Source of the DNA: a virus
Taxonomy: Duplodnaviria > Caudoviricetes
Length of the DNA stretch: 64,000 bases
IMG/VR virus record: IMGVR_UViG_2619619029_000002
Coordinates: 1 to 64,000 of that record
Strand: one strand, 5' to 3'
Shown here one piece after another: positions 1-7,661 of this stretch. Position numbers and translations under genes: made by a program. The notes under the pieces are model-generated. The model was not told the origin of the DNA. It saw nothing but the letters and a program-made list of their open reading frames with translations, and did not search any database. How positions within the stretch are numbered: the stretch's first letter is position 1; the number at the start of each line of letters is the position of its first letter.

Positions 1-1386
1 CTATAAAAAAATGAAGGCCTTGGGCTTGCGGCGCGGCGGCTCTGAGTCGTAACGCATTGGATTCATTGAGACCTCCATGGTGGTTGCGTGTGTGCTGCGT
101 GAGTTGGCGGCACCCCGTGTGCTCGCCGCGTGCTCAACTGCGGGAATGGAAACCAGACGAAGGGCGCTGACTCGGCTGGCCTGATGCTCGACATCACGGC
201 CTACGTAGTACGTGGCAGTGACGGCTGGAGTGGAGTGTCCGGCGAGTTGCTGGGCAACGGCGATGTCGCCACCCGAGTCCCGAATCAGGTGGGTGATGAA
301 CGTCTTGCGAAGCGTGTGGAAGGTGGTGCCTTCCGGCATCTCCACTCCAGCGCGCTTGGCGATGTTGCGCAGCAGTCTGGCCGTGTGCCAGGCCTCGTGC
401 CGCATCCCTCCCTTGCGAGGTGCCGGGAAGACGTACTCCGACGTCGCGGTGCGGCGGGCGGCTGCAATCTCCGGCAGCAGCGCCGGATGCAGTGGCACCA
501 CGCGCGCCTTGAAGCTCTTCGTCGTCGCACGGCCCCAACTGCGCTGGTAGTGGACGGTGCCAGTCGGCCCCTCATCGAAATGAAAGTCGCTCCATCTCAG
601 CGCGCCGAACTCACCACGGCGGCCACCTGTGAGCACCGCCAGAAGAATGAGCAGCCGGAACTGCCCGGCCGCCTCAAGCACTCTCTCCACCTGCTCGCGG
701 GACAGGAACAGGACATCCTTCTTGGCGACCTCTGGCCGGGGCACGGCCTTCCACGGGTTTTCGCGCGCGACGCGCAGTCGGTTGACGCCGTACTCCCAAA
801 TGAGGCGCCCGCGGATGTGCAGCTGCCGCACCGTTGCCGCCGCCTGCCCTGCCGTGCGCGCCTTCGCGAGCAGCGCTTCGCAGTCCGCCGGCGTAACGTC
901 GGACGTGGGCTTCCGGCCGAAGTGTGGGTCAAACCAGTTCTTCATCTGCGACTTCATCGGGTCCTGACTGGACAGGTGCGCGTGGGCCTCAAGGTACTGC
1001 GAGTGGAGCTTCGTGCAGGGGATGATGTTGAACGCCGCAGGCTCCAGCCCAGCGCGCCGCTTCTCCCCCAAGAGGTGAAGCTCCATTGCCCGCTTCGTCG
1101 CGGCCTCTTCCAGAGCCTCGCCGCACGGCTCGCGAATGAGGGCGCCGGCCGCGTCCTTGTAGCGCACGTACCAGGTACCGAAGTCTGGCGCCTTGCGATA
1201 GAGGCGCTTGCCGGCCGCAAGCACGGCCTTTCCAGCCTTGTTCGGCCGGAAGTAGGCGCCGGGCTTCACTGCGTTCCCCCACTCGACCGCGACGCCACCC
1301 AGGCGCGAACCTTGCTCGGGTCGAAACGCACATTCCGGCCAAGGCGAATGAAGGGGAGTCCGCTGTTCATTCGCACCTGACGCCAC
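1..1386 (-). CDS. int: Tyrosine recombinase/integrase
   Basis: Catalytic motifs in order: GGRRGE (R), TTKS (K), FHTLR (HxxR), LAGHS (H), ATYY (Y). Stop TAG at 1-3. The true start may be downstream of 1386. Confidence 0.95.
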   Translation of the reverse strand: MASGANEQRTPLHSPWPECAFRPEQGSRLGGVAVEWGNAVKPGAYFRPNKAGKAVLAAGKRLYRKAPDFGTWYVRYKDAAGALIREPCGEALEEAATKRAMELHLLGEKRRAGLEPAAFNIIPCTKLHSQYLEAHAHLSSQDPMKSQMKNWFDPHFGRKPTSDVTPADCEALLAKARTAGQAAATVRQLHIRGRLIWEYGVNRLRVARENPWKAVPRPEVAKKDVLFLSREQVERVLEAAGQFRLLILLAVLTGGRRGEFGALRWSDFHFDEGPTGTVHYQRSWGRATTKSFKARVVPLHPALLPEIAAARRTATSEYVFPAPRKGGMRHEAWHTARLLRNIAKRAGVEMPEGTTFHTLRKTFITHLIRDSGGDIAVAQQLAGHSTPAVTATYYVGRDVEHQASRVSALRLVSIPAVEHAASTRGAANSRSTHATTMEVSMNPMRYDSEPPRRKPKAFIFL

Positions 1387-1517
1387 ACCCAGTGGGGAGA
1401 CACCTTGAGGTAGGCGGCCGTCTCAACAGCCGTCCAAAGGCCCCCCTCCGGCACCACAGTGAGGGTCGGCGCTCTCAGCCCCACCCCATCTCCGCTACCG
1501 CTGTCGCAGTTGCCCAT
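1266..1517 (-). CDS. Excisionase / HTH_17 (AlpA-like) DNA-binding protein
   Basis: LWTAVETAAYLKVSPHWVWRQV...LPFIRLGRNVRFDPSKVRAWV is a MerR-like excisionase pattern, and the gene lies directly upstream of int. Confidence 0.85.
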   Translation of the reverse strand: MGNCDSGSGDGVGLRAPTLTVVPEGGLWTAVETAAYLKVSPHWVWRQVRMNSGLPFIRLGRNVRFDPSKVRAWVASRSSGGTQ

Positions 1518-2156
1518 CACTGGTTTTCCACCCCTGAACATCCTATCAGATACCTCGACGTACTGACGTCCACCGCCGGGCCGTGAGTGAGCAGATGCAC
1601 GGCCGCTGCCAATGTCGAGATGGCGACTGCACCTGTCCTCGCCCGAGCGCCGCTATTCGCCATCTCCATGAAACACAAGGTGCGCCTCAATCCACCGCAG
1701 CCTATTTCACGCGACACACACGCACTGCGACCGCCACGCCTCTCGACAAATACACGGAACCGGCATCTCTCCTGAGCAGCAGAACTTCACCCTGAGACAC
1801 ACCCCAACCACGCACTGTCTAATACTGTCAGCGACAGGCAATCCGGTGTCTGGGATTGGTGTCGCAAACGTGGACGGCCACGGGCGGTACACGCCGTGCC
1901 CTGCGTCTCGGCTCGTTGCTGTCGGGAGCTGGGCGGGCACGGCGCACCTCGAAAACAGCACGCCGACGGCGACGGTCAGGAGCACCGTCGGGTGCCGGAG
2001 CAAAAGCCGTCCAGCGCACTGGTGCGGCCCCTGCTCTCGAATCTGTGGGATGCTCGCTGACTGACCGTGTAACGCTCAGCGAGGTTGATGCTGCGGCCAA
2101 GGTGCCCCCTGGGGAGGGGGTTTGTCAAGTCTTGCTGGGCTGACAGCGACTCCCGC

Positions 2157-2342
2157 TCAGTCGCCGTCGGTGTGCTGCCCGTGTCGCTCCTGGTGCTGCG
2201 GACACTCCCACGCGGCACCGCAATCACAGGCGACGCGCACGGACGAAGCGCAGCAGGTGCCCGCGTCGCGCCTGGCTGCGGTGAGCCGAGGCGGCGGCCG
2301 ACGCGGAGCACGGCGCGGGCGAGCTGCGACAGCGGGCGTCAC
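2157..2342 (-). CDS. Small Cys/His-rich hypothetical protein
   Basis: GTGA overlap with the upstream gene's stop; C-terminal CCASSVRVACDCGAAWECPQH. Confidence 0.4.
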   Translation of the reverse strand: MTPAVAARPRRAPRRPPPRLTAARRDAGTCCASSVRVACDCGAAWECPQHQERHGQHTDGD

Positions 2343-3061
2343 CGTCCGCGCTCCCGGCCAATGCTCATGGGCACCGGACGCTCACCTTTGATGGGCAGGT
2401 AGCAGTTGCCCTGGTGCTCGACGGAGCGCTCCGGGCAGTTAGGTGCCTTGGCATCAAGCTTCGCCCAGCAACCACCGCGGATGGCGACATATCCCTTCGG
2501 ACAGGGCGGGGTGTCCTGCCCTTCGAGCGGCCCGTCAGGCATCACGATGCGCTTGCGCATCGTCCATGGCTCTGGCGTCGAGCTGCCATGGAGGATGTCA
2601 GTGTAGGCCACGTTCGCAGGTGTCGCAGGGACGTCCCAGGTGAACTCGCTCCGTGGCGGCTCCTGCACCCGAACGTGGACCGTGGCCCCGGGCCACACCA
2701 GCAGGAGCAGCCCGGCAGCGACCGCAAGCGCTGGCGACCACCGATGGCGCCCGGCCCGCGTCCGAACCGGGATGCTGCTTACTGGTGGACACACGCGCGA
2801 CAGGTGCTCACGCACGGCCTGCCCGTGTCCGACGTGTTCCACGAGCTCGGCGGCGCCCTCGAGCGCCCCCAGCACTGCCTCAGTGACGCGGCCCCGGGGA
2901 GGCGGCTCCCCTTGCACCTGGATCGCAACACCTCCGGGGGTGGGTAAGGCCGTGACGAGCACCTGCACGGGCTGCAGTTGCAGGTGCGGCGTCTCGCCTG
3001 TTGCCGCCTGAAGCAGCGCGGGCTGTCCCTCGTCACCGCGCGAGAGGTAGACGCGCCCCAT
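2339..3061 (-). CDS. Single-pass membrane protein with a C-terminal Cys-rich domain like the extracytoplasmic tail of myxobacterial Ser/Thr kinases
   Basis: TM segment LAVAAGLLLLVWPGA, then PLEGQDTPPC...IRGGCWAKLDAKAPNC...EHQGNCYLP. Start uncertain. Confidence 0.65.
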   Translation of the reverse strand: MGRVYLSRGDEGQPALLQAATGETPHLQLQPVQVLVTALPTPGGVAIQVQGEPPPRGRVTEAVLGALEGAAELVEHVGHGQAVREHLSRVCPPVSSIPVRTRAGRHRWSPALAVAAGLLLLVWPGATVHVRVQEPPRSEFTWDVPATPANVAYTDILHGSSTPEPWTMRKRIVMPDGPLEGQDTPPCPKGYVAIRGGCWAKLDAKAPNCPERSVEHQGNCYLPIKGERPVPMSIGRERGR

Positions 3062-3114
3062 GCGCTCCGGTAGCCCGCGCACTCTTGGCCCGCGGTACGG
3101 GCCCTTCGCGGCGC

Positions 3115-3519
3115 TCACTTCGAGCCGCCCTTCTTCGCGGCGGACTTCTTCTTGGCCGTCTTCTTGGCGCGCTCTGCCTCCTTCGCGCGCTCCATCTCCG
3201 CCAGCATGGCGTCGGTGACCTCGCCTTCGAGCGCCTCCCACATCTTGATGCCCTGGGCGTGAAAATCCCTGCTCACGTCGGTCTTCGTGACCGGCTTCCG
3301 AGTGATGGGGGACTTGATGCCACGCTTCGCCAGCACATCGGCGATGTACTCAAGCTTCCGCCAGTTCCTCGCGGTGTCGAGCATCAACTGCCGCTCGAGC
3401 TCCTCCAGCGGGTCCGGCTTGTCCATCAGTCCCATCGGGACGATCTCCTTGCGTCGGGTGGCTGCCGCCACAGGCATGACTCCCCTCCTTATGTGGGCGG
3501 CTGCGTCCATGGCAACCAC
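3115..3519 (-). CDS. Putative immunity repressor / DNA-binding protein
   Basis: First gene left of the divergent promoters; helix-turn-helix-like segment KLEYIADVLAKRG...VTKTDVSRDF; Lys-rich tail. Confidence 0.45.
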   Translation of the reverse strand: MVAMDAAAHIRRGVMPVAAATRRKEIVPMGLMDKPDPLEELERQLMLDTARNWRKLEYIADVLAKRGIKSPITRKPVTKTDVSRDFHAQGIKMWEALEGEVTDAMLAEMERAKEAERAKKTAKKKSAAKKGGSK

Positions 3520-3535
3520 CTCGTGAGCCCCTCAC

Positions 3536-3597
3536 ATAGTACCCACGGATATATTTTCCGCAAACCACTTGCAGATATATATCCGAGGCGCTACCTT
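3536..3597. promoter_or_regulatory. Back-to-back sigma70-type promoters with an inverted-repeat operator (lysis/lysogeny switch)
   Basis: Rightward: TTGCAG (3569-3574)-17 bp-TACCTT (3592-3597). Leftward: TTGCGG (3563-3558)-16 bp-TACTAT (3541-3536). Inverted repeat cggatatat (3546-3554)/atatatccg (3577-3585). Confidence 0.7.
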
Positions 3598-3711
3598 GAG
3601 TTTCGTTGGAACGGCGGACGGACGGGGCTCCCGGGAGGGAGAGGGGCGGGACGGTGCGCGAGCTGGGTGGCCAGCGAGGACGCCGAGGCACGCAGGACAC
3701 AGGGGGCAGCG

Positions 3712-3852
3712 ATGACGGACGAAAAGACGGAGAAGATGGTGGAGGACGCGCTGGAGCGGTGGCGTAACCCGCCCCCGCTCACCGAGGACAAGAAGCGGCA
3801 GGCGCGGGCGGCCGAGGAACTGCTGGAGCTCATCGGCGACGACGAAGACTGA
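3712..3852 (+). CDS. Small acidic hypothetical protein, first gene of the rightward operon
   Basis: MTDEKTEKMVEDALERWRNPPPL...; high GC3; purine-rich upstream sequence. Confidence 0.55.
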   Translation: MTDEKTEKMVEDALERWRNPPPLTEDKKRQARAAEELLELIGDDED

Positions 3853-3935
3853 GTGGCCCGGCCCTGCGCACACCGCGGGGCCCGCCTGCCGGAGCGCATC
3901 CGGCCTCTCACCCCAATCCCTTGCAGGAGGCGCCC

Positions 3936-4448
3936 ATGGCGCTGCTGGCGGAGCTTTGCCTTGTAGTCGACAGCCGAGAGGACCCGGGCCCCTGGGCACG
4001 GCGCGCGCTGCTGGTGCTCGAGTCCCGCGCCACGGCGGCCGGAGTGCGCACCTGGATGGTGGAGCGCGCCGTGTACGGCACCCTCCTCCTCGGCGCCACG
4101 GTGGCCCAGCATCACGCCACGCTGGGCGCGGCCCCGCTGCCGCAGGCGCTGGCCCAAGTGGCCGGGCTGACGGTGTCCCTCGTGGCGCTGCTGATGGGCG
4201 CCGAACTGGACTCGATTGCGGCCCGGGAACGCGAGCAGGCCGAGGCGGAGGGCCGCGAGCCGGTCCTCGTGGAGTGCTCGCCGCGCGCCGCGCAGCTCCG
4301 CGCCCTCCTGCCCTGGCTGGGACTCGCCGGCCTGGCGCTGGCCTTCGGTTGGCTCGGCGCGCTCGGTTTCTGTTGGCGCCTCGCATACCCCGCGTGGCGC
4401 CGCTGGTACCGGGTGCGCCGTCCGCTGGGCCTTGGGGCGGCGCCGTGA
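3936..4448 (+). CDS. Hypothetical membrane protein
   Basis: AGGAGG RBS; three hydrophobic segments. Confidence 0.65.
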   Translation: MALLAELCLVVDSREDPGPWARRALLVLESRATAAGVRTWMVERAVYGTLLLGATVAQHHATLGAAPLPQALAQVAGLTVSLVALLMGAELDSIAAREREQAEAEGREPVLVECSPRAAQLRALLPWLGLAGLALAFGWLGALGFCWRLAYPAWRRWYRVRRPLGLGAAP

Positions 4449-4822
4449 GCGGCGACCTCACGGACGTGGCCCGCCGTCTGCGCGGGCTGGAGCCCTGGTG
4501 GCGTCCGTCCGAGTCGGGCCGCATCCGCCAGTGCCTGGAGGAGGCCGACGCCCTCCCCGAGCGCCAAGCCCAGGCCCGCGAGGCACAGCGCGCGGCGCAG
4601 GACGAGCTCGCGAAGCTCCGCCCCGACGGCACGCCCGCCACGCAGGCGCGCTGGCGCGAATTGCAGGGCACGCTGACGGCACAGGCCCGGGTGCTGCGCG
4701 AGCTGGACACCGAGGAAAGCGCGCTGCTCGCGGCCCTGAGCGTGGAGCTGTGGTGGGCACGGACGACCGCGTGGAACGAGGGCGTGGCACGTATCAACGC
4801 GATGGAGGCCACGCAGCATTGA
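4445..4822 (+). CDS. Hypothetical coiled-coil protein
   Basis: GTGA overlap with the previous stop; high GC3. Confidence 0.65.
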   Translation: MSGDLTDVARRLRGLEPWWRPSESGRIRQCLEEADALPERQAQAREAQRAAQDELAKLRPDGTPATQARWRELQGTLTAQARVLRELDTEESALLAALSVELWWARTTAWNEGVARINAMEATQH

Positions 4823-4847
4823 GAGTCAGACTCCCCGGGTACTGTGT

Positions 4848-5069
4848 TTGTGTATCAACCTCGGGGATTCAGTGCGATTCGACGAGCGATGCCACGCATA
4901 CACCGAGGACCCCGAGCGCGCGTGGGTGCTGTGCGAGTTGCGGTACGGGCACGAAGGCAAGCACCGCGCCGGTGACATCGAGTGGGACGACGAGGCCAAC
5001 GAAGTAGAGGCCGAGTTGAGAGAGCTACTGCGCCGGGCCGAGCAGGCCGCTGGCGAGGAATACGAGTGA
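4848..5069 (+). CDS. Hypothetical protein
   Basis: Fills the gap between operon genes; C..YGHEGKH motif; high GC3. Confidence 0.5.
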   Translation: MCINLGDSVRFDERCHAYTEDPERAWVLCELRYGHEGKHRAGDIEWDDEANEVEAELRELLRRAEQAAGEEYE

Positions 5070-5082
5070 GAGGGTTTGACCA

Positions 5083-6300
5083 ATGACGTCAGCAACGGCA
5101 GGACTCGTTTATCACCCCCCGGCGGAGCCTCAGCGGAAGCTGAGTCTCGTGCGGAAGCTTGCAGAGGTGATGGGGTCGGTCGGGCACGTCCCGAAGTCCG
5201 GGCGTAACAACTTCCACAAATACGACTACGCCACGGAGGCGGACATCGTCGCGGCTGTTCGCACGGGGATGGCGGACCGCGCCCTCATGCTCATCCCCAC
5301 CGTCGTGGACACGAAGTGGTCCCCTCCGGATCGTCAGAAGGACCGCCTCGTCACGCTGACCGTCCGCTTCACGCTGCATGACGGAGAGAGTGGGGAGGCG
5401 CTGTCCTTCGAGGTGTTGGGCGAGGGCCAGGACCCGGGCGACAAGGCGACGTACAAGGCCCTCACGGGCGCGACGAAGTACGCCCTGCTCAAGCTATTCT
5501 TGATTCCCACGGGAGACGACCCAGAGCAGGACGACGCGAACCCGCGCGGCGGGCAGCAGAGCCAGCAGCGGACCGGCCAGCAGGGGCAACAACGTGGCGC
5601 GCAACAGAGCCAGTCGCGCAACCGGCAGCAGCCCGAGCAAGGCCCCCAGGGGAAACAGCGAGGCGGCCAACAGAGCCAGCCACGGAACGGCCAGCAGCCC
5701 CAGCAGCCCCCCCAGGAGAAGCAGGGTTCCGCGCAACAGGGCAAGCCGAACCAGGTGGCGGAGCAGGGCGAGCGCCGCACCACCTCCCCTGCCTCTCGCG
5801 ACTCACGCCCGCCCGAACAAGCGAGCCGCACTGAGCCCCCCGCCGGGACCGCGCCCACGGATGCCATCGGCTTTGGCAAACACAAGGCAGTGCGGCGCAC
5901 GGAGGCCGCTACCGAAGTCCTCGTCGAGGCAGCGGCAGAGGGCGAGGCCATGCTCAAGCGGCAGCCCAACATCTTCAATGCTCCGGCGCTGAGGACCTCG
6001 CTCGACGCCATTCATGACGAGTTGGTGCTCCGTAATAAGGCGCCGGTTGGGACGAGCGCACCACAGAGGGCCACAGCGGCGAAGTGCGGCTTTGGCCCCT
6101 GGAAGAATCAACCCATCTCGTCGATGACGGACGGCGAACTGAACGCCGCAGTGGACATGGCCAACGAGAAGCTGCTGGAGGAGCCCAAGGCGCAGTGGGC
6201 GCCGGCGATGGAAGCCAACCGAGACCTGCTGCTCGCGGAGATTTCCCGGCGCGGAATGCTCGCGGCCCAAAACGGACGCGAGCCGGGCTCTGACGGCTGA
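5083..6300 (+). CDS. erf: ERF-family single-strand annealing protein with a Gln-rich linker and duplicated C-terminal module
   Basis: N-terminal KSGRNNFHKYDYATEADI...GEGQDPGDKATYKALTGATKYALLKLFLIPTGDDPE is the ERF signature. Confidence 0.9.
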   Translation: MTSATAGLVYHPPAEPQRKLSLVRKLAEVMGSVGHVPKSGRNNFHKYDYATEADIVAAVRTGMADRALMLIPTVVDTKWSPPDRQKDRLVTLTVRFTLHDGESGEALSFEVLGEGQDPGDKATYKALTGATKYALLKLFLIPTGDDPEQDDANPRGGQQSQQRTGQQGQQRGAQQSQSRNRQQPEQGPQGKQRGGQQSQPRNGQQPQQPPQEKQGSAQQGKPNQVAEQGERRTTSPASRDSRPPEQASRTEPPAGTAPTDAIGFGKHKAVRRTEAATEVLVEAAAEGEAMLKRQPNIFNAPALRTSLDAIHDELVLRNKAPVGTSAPQRATAAKCGFGPWKNQPISSMTDGELNAAVDMANEKLLEEPKAQWAPAMEANRDLLLAEISRRGMLAAQNGREPGSDG

Positions 6301-6586
6301 GCATCACCACGCGGACGGAGCTGCGGCCCCAGCTCTCCGCGCAGCCGCCTCCCATCAGGCGGCACCCCGCGCCCACACGGGCGGGGCCTTCTCGTGGTGG
6401 CGGGCGGGCCAGTCGCTTCTCGGCGCTGGGCCGATCTACCCCGCCCGCCATCACACCCGCCGCGGATTGGCCGCGGCGGTGCAGTCCTCACGGCGTGACG
6501 CAGACGCCACGCGGTGCTCGGCCGGGGTTCAGCCCCCCTACCCGGCCGGGCGCCGCACCTTTTCCATGCAGCACCAGGAGGCAGCC

Positions 6587-6925
6587 ATGTCGCAACCGAC
6601 CATGACGCGCGAGAAGTTGGCCAAGCACAAGGTGCCCATCTACACGCTGGCGGCGCCAGTAGCTGGGTGGGAAGTCGGCCCGGGTGGAATGGTGGGCCCG
6701 GAGGTGACGATTCCCGTGGGCGCCCAGATGGTGTCCGTCACCCGGGAGACGTGTCACCTGTTGCTGGCGCGCTACGGCGACGACCAGAGCGTCGCCGACG
6801 TCATCTTTCCCGACGGCCGACACGAGTCCGTTTTTTACCGGCTGTCGGATGCGGCCACCGCCCTGCCTGAGTCCGTTCAGCACGTGGCGTGGTGCGCGGA
6901 GACGCAGACCTACGAGCCCGCCTGA
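6587..6925 (+). CDS. Hypothetical protein
   Basis: AGGAGG RBS, ATG start, high GC3. Confidence 0.65.
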   Translation: MSQPTMTREKLAKHKVPIYTLAAPVAGWEVGPGGMVGPEVTIPVGAQMVSVTRETCHLLLARYGDDQSVADVIFPDGRHESVFYRLSDAATALPESVQHVAWCAETQTYEPA

Positions 6926-7024
6926 GAGTCCCCGCCCGGGAGTCCCCTCCTGGGCCGCGTGACGGGCACGACACGCCCGTCCCAAGCCGCACCCCACGCA
7001 ACAATCACAACCACGGAGCAACCA

Positions 7025-7504
7025 ATGCGACTCCACATCGCAACGCTACTCGTCTGTCTGCTAGGCCCCCTTGCTGTCGTCGGCTGCTCGTCGTCCCCAA
7101 GGCTCTGGCGCCCACATGGCTTCGCCAGTCCGCCGGGCGTCCCCTCGGATGTGTGGGACGTGTGCGCCAATTCGATGTTGAGCGACACGAGCCGAATCAT
7201 CACCGGCCCCTCGCACGAGGTGGACTTTCAATCCATGAAGCCGTTCGAGCAGGACTGCGTGCGCGCGGAGTACCTGCGCTCGTGCCTCGCCGAGGCATAC
7301 CAGTTGGAGCGCGCGCAGGGCCCCAGGCTGCGCCCCAACGCCGTGAGTTGGAGCGCGGACTGGAAGGACACCTTGGATGACGCCGTTGACAAGTACTGCG
7401 ACGACGAAGGCGGCGGCACGCCCGGCGCCCGCGGCCTGGTCCGAGCCCTCAACGAGAAGGCCGAGGGAAGCGGTCGCCGCTGCATCCCCTGCACCGTCCA
7501 CTGA
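7025..7504 (+). CDS. Lipoprotein
   Basis: Signal MRLHIATLLVCLLGPLAVVG|C (lipobox); GGAG RBS; Cys-rich mature region. Confidence 0.75.
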   Translation: MRLHIATLLVCLLGPLAVVGCSSSPRLWRPHGFASPPGVPSDVWDVCANSMLSDTSRIITGPSHEVDFQSMKPFEQDCVRAEYLRSCLAEAYQLERAQGPRLRPNAVSWSADWKDTLDDAVDKYCDDEGGGTPGARGLVRALNEKAEGSGRRCIPCTVH

Positions 7505-7661
7505 CGCGCCGCTCTGACTCCACTGCTCGGGCGGGTGACGCCCCGAGCACCGCCGCGGAGCAGCAGCGCACTCCCCTCGACCTGCCGGCGCACCTCCGGC
7601 CCGCGGCCTCGGCTCACGCCGACGCAGCAGTCCCTCGCAGTCCCAGGAGCACCCCACACGT

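Noticed and set aside
1-200. tRNA or att core at the left edge
   Set aside because: No cloverleaf or T-arm motif is recognisable, and the partner repeat would lie outside the window.
1707-2003. Possible small membrane protein upstream of xis
   Set aside because: Weak codon bias, and it runs into an AT-rich regulatory-looking stretch; not supportable.
3010-3075. MGRVYLSR…PALL as a kinase Gly-rich loop
   Set aside because: No GxGxxG, HRD or DFG motifs follow; probably chance.
5540-5760. CAG-rich repeats as a CRISPR or tandem array
   Set aside because: They encode the in-frame Gln-rich linker of ERF and have no spacer structure.
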